IMG/VR virus record: IMGVR_UViG_3300035698_011044
Location: 1-64,000 of that record
DNA from: a virus
Length of the DNA stretch: 64,000 bases
Strand: one strand, 5' to 3'
Shown here one piece after another: positions 18,709-29,096 of the stretch. The notes below the pieces were generated by a model. That model saw only the letters and a list, made by a program, of their open reading frames with translations, did no database searches and was not told where the DNA came from. The position numbers were made by a program, and so were the translations under genes. Numbering within the stretch: position 1 is the stretch's first letter; every line of letters starts with the position of its first letter.

Positions 18709-19457
18709 CTATATCTCAAGACTATATTTACCAACATGCTCTTCAAAGAAGTTGTCTATAAATTTCAGCTTCTTCTCAATAGGCATATCGTCCTGCTGTA
18801 GGCAATCGACATTTTTATTGTACCAGAAGTGCTTTTTCTTGTCAGTGTTATTGGTATACCCATCGCGATATCCGTCGGCAATTCCCACGCTTCCAAAAGT
18901 GTTCAACTCACTCTTTATGATATAGCAATTGTTGTACTGGACCTTTACTAGATCGTAGCCATACTTCGAGAGAATATCTTCAAGGCACTGTATGGAGAAT
19001 CCATAAAAATGACTCCCTGACGCATAGTAATAGTCATCACTGTAATTAACCGAAAATTTAATCGGAGGAGGAATCTTTTCGTTTAACTCCATACACACAA
19101 GATAAGGCTGGTATTCTGAGAGCACAGCTTTAAGAACATGGAAATCATACCCGTCAATATCAAGAATCCGAAATCGCGAGAGACATTGTTTTGCTTAAGA
19201 ATATCCACAATGTTATTCGGAGTTACCCTTACATTTATTACGATGTTATAGTCATCCCGGGGGTACACAGATAATCTCGCTGGATCCAGATCAAAGTAAA
19301 TCTTCCTATACCCCTCCAGCTCTTGCAAAAACGAATTGCCCGAAGCCCCAATATCAACCGCAGTAAGGACGCTGTTTTTCCCCAAATAATTAAGAATATC
19401 CTGCACAGTCAAATAATCAACCCCAGCAACGGGCATATCTGCATACTTCGGATCCAT
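18709..19457 (-). pseudogene. FkbM-like SAM methyltransferase split by a frameshift
   Basis: 5' ORF has AVDIGA...DFGFL; the other frame continues LDIDGYDFHVLKAVLSEYQPYLVCMELNEKIPPP; the family motif LSxDIDGxD is broken near 19160. Confidence 0.75.
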
Positions 19458-19477
19458 TATAATTCCTTTCTAGTTTC

Positions 19478-20293
19478 TTATTCGCGAGATTCAAATAAAT
19501 ACGGAACCTCAACATGAACTGCATTATGTTTAAAGGACAAGTCCTCAAGCAAAATTCCGTGGGATATTCTCTCTTCGTCAAGCCACCGATCGTTCAGTCT
19601 GTCAAGAGGCCAGTTGCCAGAGCGGTTGTTGGGATTGCACTCTTGGGTTTTGTTGTTAGGGATCCCAACCACAATACTTCTGTTGCAGCACCGCATATAA
19701 AGATCTCGCATTGGGGAATCTGCCAGAGCTCCTTCGAGTTGGTTTGGCCCATTGTAATTCATAACTCGCAACCGGTAGAGTATTGGAGCTGTTCTATAAA
19801 CACTCCCGTCCAAGCTCATCCCGTAGTCCCACTCTTTTGATCCACACCCTCGCCACACCCAGCAGTTCTCTGACACGAACTCTGGAGGAGGTGCAGGAAC
19901 ATCTCTCATATAGGAATGATTGATCTGAGGCGATAAGCGGAGGGATAGACACATGGTATCGGGATCCTTAGCAAACTCCTGAAAATTTTTGTCCTCAGTA
20001 GAAAATGGGAACACGAAAATATCGTCGTCCACTAGGAACTGAATGAATGGAGTGTGTTCTGATATAGTGTCCAGCAGCACTCCTCGAAATCCTCGCTCAT
20101 CCTCTTCGACAAAATCTACCCAGTTATACATTCCAATTAGAGAATTGTAACCCTGGCGGAATCTCTGATTAGTAGCTTTCCAGATAATCGTAGGTCTAAA
20201 TACTACAGCCTCCGGCCACATTTTCAGCATGCTCCGGATTAGCAGTTCAAGTTGGCAAGCACGGTCTTTTGAGAAGATGATGATTTGTATCAT
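19478..20293 (-). CDS. GT-A fold glycosyltransferase-like protein
   Basis: IIIFSKDRACQLELLIRS and QFLVDDDIF motifs. Confidence 0.75.
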   Translation of the reverse strand: MIQIIIFSKDRACQLELLIRSMLKMWPEAVVFRPTIIWKATNQRFRQGYNSLIGMYNWVDFVEEDERGFRGVLLDTISEHTPFIQFLVDDDIFVFPFSTEDKNFQEFAKDPDTMCLSLRLSPQINHSYMRDVPAPPPEFVSENCWVWRGCGSKEWDYGMSLDGSVYRTAPILYRLRVMNYNGPNQLEGALADSPMRDLYMRCCNRSIVVGIPNNKTQECNPNNRSGNWPLDRLNDRWLDEERISHGILLEDLSFKHNAVHVEVPYLFESRE

Positions 20294-20994
20294 TCATACA
20301 TTCCTGGGTTAGTATATTTATCAAGAGCAACCTTTAGAATAATCGATTTGTTGTATTTCTCCAAAACCCTAAGGCAGAAGTCGCTATCCTCCGCTGTTCC
20401 GTGGGTAAAGTCTCCCCACTCTTTCCATTTCACCTCAGCCAGAACCTCTTTTAATACCGCACATGGTCCACCGTGACATTTTCCAGCAAGAGACCCATAA
20501 GCACTCATCGGATTGCCAGAGAACTTTCCGGTGGGGTAGTAATGATCGAAGAGTTCCTGAGACCACATGACCTCGACAAGGAAATACTCCTTGTCAAATT
20601 CACGATTACCAGGAATCCATAGATGGTTAAGATGAACGATATCGTGTCGATTAAACTTTCCGCGAACAATCTCCACGCGCTGAGGATGAGAAAAGTCGTC
20701 TGCGTCATGGTAGAGGACGATGTCTCCTTCTGCAGCATCTCCTCCGGCCTGGCGATTTGGTCCATGGGTTAATATCTTTTGGTGTTTGATAATACGAACG
20801 GGAAACCGGCGGTAATAAGCTGTCTCTGATCGGAACACTGAATCTTCAAACGACTCGGGGCACTCGCTAATAGAGAATACCATTTCACTCGGCAGTGCTG
20901 TTCCCTCGGAATACATTTTTACAACTCGATGCATCCACTTTATATCTTTTGGGGCAACCGGCACAACTACGGATAAACTTAGATTCTTTCCCAT
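20290..20994 (-). CDS. Glycosyltransferase family 2
   Basis: LSVVVP, GDIVLYHDADDFSHPQR, AEDSDF motifs. Confidence 0.85.
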   Translation of the reverse strand: MGKNLSLSVVVPVAPKDIKWMHRVVKMYSEGTALPSEMVFSISECPESFEDSVFRSETAYYRRFPVRIIKHQKILTHGPNRQAGGDAAEGDIVLYHDADDFSHPQRVEIVRGKFNRHDIVHLNHLWIPGNREFDKEYFLVEVMWSQELFDHYYPTGKFSGNPMSAYGSLAGKCHGGPCAVLKEVLAEVKWKEWGDFTHGTAEDSDFCLRVLEKYNKSIILKVALDKYTNPGMYE

Positions 20995-21533
20995 ACAGTA
21001 AACCCCGTCCCCATTGTTGTGTGAGCTACCAGTTTCAGATCAGGAGTCATCATTATCAGTTCTTTAATTTTTATACATTTGTCAGTATTCCAGTCATGGA
21101 ACGCAAGGATAGATCCTTCTTTAATCCATGGCTGGAACATTTTATACTCTGCGACTGTTTGATCCGGATCTTCTGCGCCATCAAACAATACCATGTCAAC
21201 CTTTTCCATTCGCTTTAATATTTCAGGAAAAACACTCAAGGAATCTCCTGCATTAAAGTCTACAAATTGCTTCTGCTGAGGAAACTCATTATTGTATAGA
21301 GCTGAAGCTACTCTGGAAAAATTAGGATCCGGTTCTATTGTGTAAAGCTTTCCTGAACCATTATCCATCAGCGCACTGGAAATAAACAAAGTGGATCCAC
21401 CACCCTTCCATGTTCCAATTTCAAAGATGGCTTGTGGTTTCCGCTCGCGCACAACAAAGTAAAGGATGTGTCTTTCTACTGGGGACATTTGCCCCTGCTT
21501 GCTATCCCTGTTCAACATTCCAACATCCATCAT
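20979..21533 (-). CDS. Class I SAM-dependent methyltransferase (Methyltransf_24-like)
   Basis: IFEIGTWKGGGST, DMVLFDG, LAFHDW motifs. Confidence 0.85.
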   Translation of the reverse strand: MMDVGMLNRDSKQGQMSPVERHILYFVVRERKPQAIFEIGTWKGGGSTLFISSALMDNGSGKLYTIEPDPNFSRVASALYNNEFPQQKQFVDFNAGDSLSVFPEILKRMEKVDMVLFDGAEDPDQTVAEYKMFQPWIKEGSILAFHDWNTDKCIKIKELIMMTPDLKLVAHTTMGTGFTVWERI

Positions 21534-22357
21534 AATTCAACCTCTTCTATTCGTTTCTTCCAGTAGCTCATCTTGAGCATTGGACTATCTATAAAATGAG
21601 AGCCAGAGCCGTAAGCTTTGGAGAGAACATCAAACATCTTGTCATCAAGAAGATCAAGATTCTTCAACGTAACCATTGGTACTCCCTGTCGAAAAGATTT
21701 GATTAAGATAGACTCTTTGACGATAGGAACAGCACCAAGATATAGAGCCTCCCAGGTCCGATGGCAATCAATTCCATTCCCAGGGGGAGACAAGACATAC
21801 TTAGACAGTGACGCATTATGGAGATAGGTCTTAAAGGGAACTTTCTCGTCCAATATAACCCAGCGTTTACTCTTTAGCCTTTCATGAAGAGACTCTCTCT
21901 CTGCAGTATTGTTCTTTATATTAAAGTTCATGTACACGCCATTAAACGTAACATCAGGCTTCTCTATTAAACAATCCCTCAAAACTGTCATGTCAGAAGA
22001 TATTCCCCCGCCACTCGGTCTCTCCACTCCAATCGGAATCGGGATCAGATCCGGATGTTCATAGTCCACATTCTGAGCGAACCACTTTACTACGTTCTTC
22101 GGCTTAAAGCTGAAACGATTTTCGTCAATTGGTTTGTCAGAGTTCATGGAGATGACAATGTACTTGTTTCGCTTAAAGCTACCGAGAAGAGTCATGAGAT
22201 CGAGAACATAGTCTGTCTTGCAGAAGATCTTCATGTTTCCGCCTTCAGACAAGTTCAGGAGAATGTCTTGAGTAATGTCTGTCTCAATCTTTAAATCACA
22301 CAGATCTCTAAATCGATCACTAACGATATACTCTTCCATAAATTCTTCTGGCTTCAC
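21530..22357 (-). CDS. Exostosin-like (GT47-type) glycosyltransferase
   Basis: SKYVLSPPGNGIDCHRTWEALYLGAVPIV motif. Confidence 0.75.
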   Translation of the reverse strand: MKPEEFMEEYIVSDRFRDLCDLKIETDITQDILLNLSEGGNMKIFCKTDYVLDLMTLLGSFKRNKYIVISMNSDKPIDENRFSFKPKNVVKWFAQNVDYEHPDLIPIPIGVERPSGGGISSDMTVLRDCLIEKPDVTFNGVYMNFNIKNNTAERESLHERLKSKRWVILDEKVPFKTYLHNASLSKYVLSPPGNGIDCHRTWEALYLGAVPIVKESILIKSFRQGVPMVTLKNLDLLDDKMFDVLSKAYGSGSHFIDSPMLKMSYWKKRIEEVEL

Positions 22358-23412
22358 TTAATCTCCTTTAATATTTCATTCCAGGCATTTAGAGAAAAAG
22401 ACATTCTCTCAACATTGTGCAGCATCATGCTGTTAGATACCTTCTGAAAATTAGTTGTTTCTAGTAGCCCCGCCAAATCTTCCATTGAATCAAATTGAAT
22501 AACATGGCGCATCCAGTCGGAGTAGTAATCAGCATACTGCAGCCAGTGTTGTACCGCCCCCATATTCTCGTAATCGTTTGGATCAGGCTGCTCAGATTTC
22601 CCGGGAATAGCTGACTTGCTTGGCAACCCTTTAATCTGGTTCCAAGAAACCTCTCGCAGCACCTCGTGCCCTTGTTCGTAGAGCTCCATCATGTATCGCT
22701 TTGTTGGAACAAACATCGGAATACACATTGTGTAGTGCTCAAACATTGACATGGTAGAAACTTGGTATGGGAAGTGAACTACACACTTACAGTCTGCGAT
22801 ATTCTGCCATTCGTAGCCATTTGGATACTCCAGCTCTTTGGGGATCAAATTGACAATATGCTCATAATCCAGTTTTGAGCATCGACTGTAAAGCAGAGCA
22901 ATGCCACGTTTGCCTGTATACTTTGCTTTGGTATATGCGCATAAGCTGGGAGCATACCTGCATTCTCTCCCTGTAAAATGCTCGAAATACTTCTGGTCGT
23001 AGATGCTATTTGCGGTTGGAATTACCTGGGCTACTTGCAAAAACTGATTGAAGACACTCCAACTTATAGAATCGTTGCTGAATGGATGCTCATAACGGAT
23101 GGGAATATTGAGGATCATCGGCTTCTCAAAGAACCAATAAAGCATAGCGTGAACAGGAGGATAACAGGAAATGAACCCATTATAATCTGCGAGTCGGTCT
23201 TTGTACGCCTCGCGAAATGGTTCCCAAAGCCTCTTTGTTATGATATCAGCCATATTCTCTCGGCTAATAACATCCGTCTTGCAAAGAGTTTTTCCCATTA
23301 TATGAGCAGAAGTAGAGAGAGTCTGGTCATCAATCTTGCAGCCCAGATACTCGAAAGTACCTCTCAGATCTTCTATGACAGAAATGTGCCGGTCGATATT
23401 AAAAAACTTCAT
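22354..23412 (-). CDS. Putative glycosyltransferase (GT-B-like)
   Basis: MKFFNIDRHISVI...VHFPYQVSTMSMFEHYTMCIPMFVP; lies in the GT cluster. Confidence 0.55.
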   Translation of the reverse strand: MKFFNIDRHISVIEDLRGTFEYLGCKIDDQTLSTSAHIMGKTLCKTDVISRENMADIITKRLWEPFREAYKDRLADYNGFISCYPPVHAMLYWFFEKPMILNIPIRYEHPFSNDSISWSVFNQFLQVAQVIPTANSIYDQKYFEHFTGRECRYAPSLCAYTKAKYTGKRGIALLYSRCSKLDYEHIVNLIPKELEYPNGYEWQNIADCKCVVHFPYQVSTMSMFEHYTMCIPMFVPTKRYMMELYEQGHEVLREVSWNQIKGLPSKSAIPGKSEQPDPNDYENMGAVQHWLQYADYYSDWMRHVIQFDSMEDLAGLLETTNFQKVSNSMMLHNVERMSFSLNAWNEILKEIK

Positions 23413-23723
23413 TATGTTCCCCAAACTCTGCTTACAGCTATTTTTGTATGGCATTTATCGCACTCCAGAACATGTACTCCAAAATTAGAGTAAGAGTTCA
23501 TCTCCACTTCAATAATATCAAAGTGCCCACATCCAATATGTTCCATTCGATGCATCTCCTCGTGAATTTCTGGTATTGTAAACTCCCAAAGAATAACAGT
23601 GCTATTGCCATCCGCAGTGGTTATCCTAAACTTATGAGTCTTCTTCGTCTTCTCCTTCGATGTTTGTGAAAAAATCGACAAGTAAAGACTCTTCACTTTC
23701 GACAGATAATGTTTTGTTCTCAT
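23412..23723 (-). CDS. Hypothetical zinc-ribbon protein
   Basis: HIGCG...ECDKCH; overlaps both neighbours. Confidence 0.5.
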   Translation of the reverse strand: MRTKHYLSKVKSLYLSIFSQTSKEKTKKTHKFRITTADGNSTVILWEFTIPEIHEEMHRMEHIGCGHFDIIEVEMNSYSNFGVHVLECDKCHTKIAVSRVWGT

Positions 23724-24412
23724 CAGCTTTCATCCGTATATACTGGTCGTCCGCACCCTTCATATTTGTTTCCTATGAATGAATAGTTATTCGGCAATGG
23801 AATAACGAATGGCAGTTCGTCCCCACGAATCGTTTTCCGGTCATCGTGAGTGAGCATGTCTTCTTCATACAAAGGATACATGATGTTTGAGTAGAATGTT
23901 GTGTCTACTCCAAAGTACAACTTCTCTGGCTTCATGCAAATTGTGTCTCCAAACGGAGTATCAATAAACCTTGATAGTATTCTCTGAAATCCGGCCATCT
24001 GACTCGGTACTCCGCCCCACATTCCACCCGTAATCGGATGAGTATGGTTCTTGTGGTCTCTCATGTTATGTATCGTTTTTCCGGATTCTTCCCACTCCTT
24101 GACAGCAACAGCCTCTCGCTCACTCAGAAGAGCGTCGCAATCCCTGGAGATGAATCTCTCAACATCTGGGTCGTCAAATGACGGGAATGCCCGCCAGAAC
24201 TCTTTCATATAGCCCTCGAATGATTCCCCAACCCTTATTTCAGCACCAAGCCGTTTTAGTTCACCTACGGTCTCTAATGGCACCGTGTCGTCAATATAGA
24301 AACGACAAGTCCAGTCAGGATATACATCTGGAGCTACTTTTGCGTTTCGCACTGCCCCATCGGTAAACATAGGGTCCTTGCCCCATAAACAAAAACTTAT
24401 AATCTTTTTCAC
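23723..24412 (-). CDS. Putative GT-A-like glycosyltransferase
   Basis: KKIISFCLWG, ISRDCD (DxD), MRDH...ITGGMWG motifs; GTG start after AGGAGA. Confidence 0.6.
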   Translation of the reverse strand: MKKIISFCLWGKDPMFTDGAVRNAKVAPDVYPDWTCRFYIDDTVPLETVGELKRLGAEIRVGESFEGYMKEFWRAFPSFDDPDVERFISRDCDALLSEREAVAVKEWEESGKTIHNMRDHKNHTHPITGGMWGGVPSQMAGFQRILSRFIDTPFGDTICMKPEKLYFGVDTTFYSNIMYPLYEEDMLTHDDRKTIRGDELPFVIPLPNNYSFIGNKYEGCGRPVYTDES

Positions 24413-24420
24413 ACGTTCTC

Positions 24421-25026
24421 CTATTTCTGTATCGTTATGCAAGCTATGCCTATAATATCCTCGCCAACTCCATAATGCTTTAAATCAAAAAACTCCTTAG
24501 CATCATAGCAAGGAATCCATCTTAACCCACTTTTCTTAAACGTCTCAAAATCTATAGACGCATCATGCCTACCCACTATCAAATGTTGCCACAATTGGAT
24601 TTCAAGAGGAGAGTATGATTTTATCCAGTGGCGCACAAAATAACCTGGCACAGAAAACGGAACTGTAACATAGAGAATCCCACCCGTTTTAATTCTCCTT
24701 AACATGCTTCCAAGAGCCACAAGGTCTCCATACAAAGACGTTTTTTGGTTGTAACAATCTAACCCAAGATGCTCCACAACAGAAACACAAATGCCTGTAT
24801 CAACAGACTCTCTATCAGGCATTCCTGCGCCAGTAATAAGATTAGCCTGTATAATCCCATCATGAGCGGGGTTTAGATCATATTGACGATACTCGTTTTT
24901 CTCAAGGTCCACCCCATAGGTCTCCTTGCCCGTCTCGCACCCAAAGTCGCAGATCACTTTTCCTTCAACGCCTTTAAGTTTCTCTGTTATCCATGGAACT
25001 TCACAAGATCTTCCGCCATCTCCCAT
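24421..25026 (-). CDS. SAM-dependent methyltransferase
   Basis: ICDFGC, CVSVVEHLGL, GGILYVTVP motifs. Confidence 0.75.
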   Translation of the reverse strand: MGDGGRSCEVPWITEKLKGVEGKVICDFGCETGKETYGVDLEKNEYRQYDLNPAHDGIIQANLITGAGMPDRESVDTGICVSVVEHLGLDCYNQKTSLYGDLVALGSMLRRIKTGGILYVTVPFSVPGYFVRHWIKSYSPLEIQLWQHLIVGRHDASIDFETFKKSGLRWIPCYDAKEFFDLKHYGVGEDIIGIACITIQK

Positions 25027-25658
25027 TAATAAGTCGCCTCCAAAATATAAAGCCCTCGCTCATCAGAATTTTGTGTACTGCGAGAAATACCATACTCAAA
25101 TTTGTTAATAAAATCAAAAACCGCATTATTAACATCTGGAATGGCCTTAACATCATCCAGCCCTATCACATGGCAGCAATCTGCACATTGATAGAGATCG
25201 TAATAAGCTGCTGTCTCTGTGTGTTTGCCATCAACCCACCCAAATTCATACCAGGAAGATCTACCAGACTCTGTAACACGAGCAACAATGTCCGGCATGA
25301 TTTCAAGTGATGACCCATGATAGAATTTAATCCTGTTTCCAAACTTTTCATTTAAAATATCAACAGGATTTTGACACCAAGCCTGAGGATCCATTGTGTC
25401 AATGGTAGCATCCTCGTCTGCAAGCATGGTCAAATAACAGAAAAGCCCCTTGTTGGTTCCTATCTCTAATATCTTTGGTTTACAAGACCCGTCACTATAA
25501 ACAGCATCAGGAACAAGAAACTCTGCCAACAATTCAACCTGCTCCTTCATCCCTTTGCGATTGGGATTATGCAACAAAGCACCCTCGTTATGTTCTTGTG
25601 GAGAACAGCTCTTCAGTCTTTCTACGAAGTCCCAGTCTATTTTATCCCAGAGATCCAT
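25026..25658 (-). CDS. Class I SAM-dependent methyltransferase (Methyltransf_24-like)
   Basis: ILEIGTNKG, WVDGKH, GLDD motifs. Confidence 0.8.
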   Translation of the reverse strand: MDLWDKIDWDFVERLKSCSPQEHNEGALLHNPNRKGMKEQVELLAEFLVPDAVYSDGSCKPKILEIGTNKGLFCYLTMLADEDATIDTMDPQAWCQNPVDILNEKFGNRIKFYHGSSLEIMPDIVARVTESGRSSWYEFGWVDGKHTETAAYYDLYQCADCCHVIGLDDVKAIPDVNNAVFDFINKFEYGISRSTQNSDERGLYILEATY

Positions 25659-26465
25659 CTAAGCCTCCAATCCAGCATCTAAAAATGGAACAGTATTTGG
25701 GATCAGCCCCATTCTGTGCTGTCTCATCCGGTTCCTGTAAATGTCTACATCTTCCTCGTAGTAAATTGCCCGCTTATCGTTTCCGTCCTCGATGCTGAGA
25801 ACTTTGATGTCCCAGCAATTCTTCGGCTTAAATCCAAAAGAATAGGCTCGGTGCGCCATATCTCCATCAGCACAATAATACCGGTAAGCAGTATCGTACA
25901 TCCCAACTTTGCGGAAAACATCTTTCTTGTAAAGTCCATAATTAAGGACAATCTCATATTTTGCCACAGTGTTAAAGGCAACATCTCCATCTCCAGGCTG
26001 ACTCACTGCAGGTATAGTATTGTGGAGAAACCAGCCATTCTCTCGCCGGTTCCCATAATACCAATCAGTGCTTTCCAGATCCTCCCTGCAGCCACGCTTC
26101 CAATTGAAGAGATAGAAGTCGTGCTCCTCGTCGATCTCCTTAATCACATCATCCCAGGAACTAACGAGAAGAGTGTCGTCGTTAAACTGACACACAATCT
26201 CGTTACTCGCTGCTTCAATTGCCAGATTCATGTAGTGGGGGTAGGAAGATCTCTCTCCAACCTTAATGACTTTTATGCGAGAGAAAACATCGCTCTCAGT
26301 ATCCTGGCTATACCCTCGATACTTATCTAAAAACTCCAGTGTTCCATCCGTAGATCCTCCATCAACCAGGATCAGCTCAATTCGATCATCCGCAAGGACA
26401 GTATTCTCCAATAGGTCCGGAAGAAACTCTACCCGATTCAATGTTCCTGTGATTACGCTAATCAT
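25659..26465 (-). CDS. Glycosyltransferase family 2
   Basis: ISVITGTLNR, LVDGGSTDGT, QFNDD, YCADGD motifs; ATGA-coupled start. Confidence 0.85.
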   Translation of the reverse strand: MISVITGTLNRVEFLPDLLENTVLADDRIELILVDGGSTDGTLEFLDKYRGYSQDTESDVFSRIKVIKVGERSSYPHYMNLAIEAASNEIVCQFNDDTLLVSSWDDVIKEIDEEHDFYLFNWKRGCREDLESTDWYYGNRRENGWFLHNTIPAVSQPGDGDVAFNTVAKYEIVLNYGLYKKDVFRKVGMYDTAYRYYCADGDMAHRAYSFGFKPKNCWDIKVLSIEDGNDKRAIYYEEDVDIYRNRMRQHRMGLIPNTVPFLDAGLEA

Positions 26466-27106
26466 CCAACAATCTCTCTTAGTTTCATTTTGAAGTAGTC
26501 GTAGAGCTTCTGTTCGCTTGGAAGCTTGCAATACATGGCGAGGATATCGTCTGCAGTGGCGAGAAGATCTGAAGCAGAATATTCCATGCTTTTTATCACG
26601 CTAACCTCCGTAGAGCTATTAAAAGTCCCAGCAGCAAATGGACCCTCCACTAGCTTCTCGTGATTTCCAAGACGATATCCAAATTTTACCAGGAGACTAT
26701 TTAAAGAGTTGTGCGACCACATGTTGATATGGTACGCCCATGTTCCCTCGGCACTTCCACACATCAGCCTTGTAACCGCCAACATTTTGGGAAAGTCGCG
26801 ACTACCACAGGCTTCAAGGTACTGTGCGCATAGTCTTCGCATGTCAGGAACCCCAATATAGAGAACTCCCCCAGGCTTCAAAGCAAGCGTCCACTTAATC
26901 ATCATTCCAAGTGCCTCATAGTAATTGAGATGCTCAAAGAAGTGGTGAGAGTAGATCTCCTCGCACGGCTCATAGTCGAACTTCAGCAAGTCGGCATGGA
27001 TATCAGCATTAACCGTCACGGTGTTGTGCTCGGATTGCGGGAAATCAATATTAACATAGCCCTGTTTATACTGAGCCCCGCATCCGCAATGGTATTTAAT
27101 CCCCAT
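26462..27106 (-). CDS. SAM-dependent methyltransferase (type 11-like)
   Basis: HCGCG...YVNID, SHHFFEH, LKPGGVLYIGVPD motifs. Confidence 0.85.
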   Translation of the reverse strand: MGIKYHCGCGAQYKQGYVNIDFPQSEHNTVTVNADIHADLLKFDYEPCEEIYSHHFFEHLNYYEALGMMIKWTLALKPGGVLYIGVPDMRRLCAQYLEACGSRDFPKMLAVTRLMCGSAEGTWAYHINMWSHNSLNSLLVKFGYRLGNHEKLVEGPFAAGTFNSSTEVSVIKSMEYSASDLLATADDILAMYCKLPSEQKLYDYFKMKLREIVG

Positions 27107-27453
27107 TATTTCTTGCCAGCCCTGAAAGCGTTAAGCTCTGTCTCCATGTTGATAGCAAGCTGACGATACTGATCTCTCTCGTTTGCAATAGCATTGAAAG
27201 ATGTCTGAATGCCGTACAAGACATCCATGATCTCAAGGTTCTGCCTGTTCTTCGTGTTGAAGAGCTTGCTCATGTTGGCAACAACTTCATCAATCGTCGG
27301 CAGTCTCTGCTCCGGCTGCTGAGGGGCTGCAGGAGTCTGTGGGATCGCAGGAGCTGGCGGAACTACTGGGGCAGCCTTCTCCGGAGTTACCGGTGGGGTC
27401 ATCGGGATGACGTTTGTTGTTAGGTTCTTTCTTGCTGGTTTCTTGTTGCTCAT
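27106..27453 (-). CDS. Pro-rich / coiled-coil hypothetical protein
   Basis: AGGAGG RBS; Pro/Ala-rich N-terminal half, helical C-terminal half. Confidence 0.6.
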   Translation of the reverse strand: MSNKKPARKNLTTNVIPMTPPVTPEKAAPVVPPAPAIPQTPAAPQQPEQRLPTIDEVVANMSKLFNTKNRQNLEIMDVLYGIQTSFNAIANERDQYRQLAINMETELNAFRAGKK

Positions 27454-27745
27454 TACGAGCCTCCTTGTAGGTGGTTGAACATTCGGTTCCATCATCTATT
27501 ACTAAAACATTTATTGATACAGTTTCTTTTCCAGTATCACCAGTCCCCTTGCAACACGGGCAAGTTATAAGATTAAACGAGATATTCATAAGGTGTCCAG
27601 GCTCAGTAGAAAATCCGTTCCCACCTCGAATTGTAGTTGATGTCCTATTCCATATCTTCTGAAACCCATCACAAACAGGACAACTGTATGTGTCCTTATT
27701 TCCTGGCCATAGAGGAAGTTTTGCTGGTATAAAACCTGACATCAT
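27290..27745 (-). CDS. DnaJ-type zinc-finger protein
   Basis: CPVCDG...CPCCKGTG; 3' part overlaps the next gene, so the true extent is uncertain. Confidence 0.45.
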   Translation of the reverse strand: MMSGFIPAKLPLWPGNKDTYSCPVCDGFQKIWNRTSTTIRGGNGFSTEPGHLMNISFNLITCPCCKGTGDTGKETVSINVLVIDDGTECSTTYKEARNEQQETSKKEPNNKRHPDDPTGNSGEGCPSSSASSCDPTDSCSPSAAGAETADD

Positions 27746-28305
27746 TTCACCGCCTCCACGTTAAGACTTATAAGAGTCCCATGCACCTTATCCATATGAG
27801 GAATGTATGCTTGGGAGTAATCATCAATATCTGCATGCTCGGTCTTGCGCCAGTCGTACTTGCGAACTTTACTGAACCCGGCGTTTACAAGTTCGTAGGA
27901 GAGAAGATCGTATGTAAATAGAGAATTATGGATATTGTAAAGATAGTCCTGCCGTCCCATAATTGGACCAACAACTTCGCTGAAATTCTTGCGTGTCATA
28001 TAAACCTTACACAACGCATCGAAATCTGGAACAGATATTCGACAAACTCCTCCATAATCAAGAACTCTTGCCCACTCACGCAAAGCATGCCGAACATGTC
28101 TGCGAGGGAAGTGTTCGAGAACATGACATACATAAACTAATATCGCGCTTCCGTCTTCAAATAGCTCAAGGTCTTCGACTGGAGACTGGCAATTAATATG
28201 CGGATATTCTACAGCATCTATATGATGAGTAAAGCGATCTCCATAATCACGTTTTCCGCACCCCAGACATAGCCTTAAACCAAATCCTTCAATAGTTTTT
28301 CCCAC
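27742..28305 (-). CDS. SAM-dependent methyltransferase (type 11-like)
   Basis: LCLGCG, CHVLEHF, GGVCRISVPD, SLNVEAVK motifs. Confidence 0.85.
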   Translation of the reverse strand: MGKTIEGFGLRLCLGCGKRDYGDRFTHHIDAVEYPHINCQSPVEDLELFEDGSAILVYVCHVLEHFPRRHVRHALREWARVLDYGGVCRISVPDFDALCKVYMTRKNFSEVVGPIMGRQDYLYNIHNSLFTYDLLSYELVNAGFSKVRKYDWRKTEHADIDDYSQAYIPHMDKVHGTLISLNVEAVK

Positions 28306-29096
28306 AACTTTCTTTCTGCAACAGTATATTCAGAAGCCTTGTCAAAGTTTTCTCGAATAGCCTTTTGTCTTTTATTATAATTTAGTTCCGTAGCATTGAC
28401 AAGCAATCTCTCCAATTCACTTAAATTACTAAACCATAACACTCCACGCTTATTGAAATAATCAGCAATTTTATTCGCCCCCCAATAGATAGGAATAGTC
28501 CCAGTCCTGAAAGCGTCTACAATTTTCTCGGTAAATAAATGGTCTGATTTATCATTCTCAACAACAATGGTATACCGGTATCGTTTAAGAGCTTCAAGCT
28601 TCTCTTCTATCTCATAATATCCACGTCCGCACAGGAAATCAATCTTGTACGCAAACCTCTCGGCTATCCTATGCCGGAGCTTATGACCTTTAGTATCATT
28701 TTTGCTAGAAGCAATCATTGAAATACCCTGAGTCTTGGGATAGATAAATTGCTGATCCGGATGAACCCAGCATCCTCCTGGGGACAAAAGGATATGCTTT
28801 GGTGATAAGATATACTTGGCCTCCGGAAGAACAATCCAGTCAAAATCGTCCTGCCCGCCATTGAAGATATATTTATAGGCTTCAGGGTTAATTACCTCTG
28901 GCTCCAATAGCCAAGCAATCTTGATCTTAGCACCAGAAGTCTTTGCTTCACGAAAACATTGATCCGTAAACACAGCAATATCCTGCGACTCTTCGCCACG
29001 ACACCACTCGAAATAACCGATATCGACATCGTATATGCCATTCTGGTAATTGTAGGTATGTGCAAAATTCTTGTCATGTAATTTAATCTTTACCAT
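28275..29096 (-). CDS. GT10-like (alpha-1,3-fucosyltransferase family) glycosyltransferase
   Basis: YRYTIVVEN...FTEKIVDAFRTGTIPIYWG motif. Confidence 0.8.
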   Translation of the reverse strand: MVKIKLHDKNFAHTYNYQNGIYDVDIGYFEWCRGEESQDIAVFTDQCFREAKTSGAKIKIAWLLEPEVINPEAYKYIFNGGQDDFDWIVLPEAKYILSPKHILLSPGGCWVHPDQQFIYPKTQGISMIASSKNDTKGHKLRHRIAERFAYKIDFLCGRGYYEIEEKLEALKRYRYTIVVENDKSDHLFTEKIVDAFRTGTIPIYWGANKIADYFNKRGVLWFSNLSELERLLVNATELNYNKRQKAIRENFDKASEYTVAERKLWEKLLKDLV

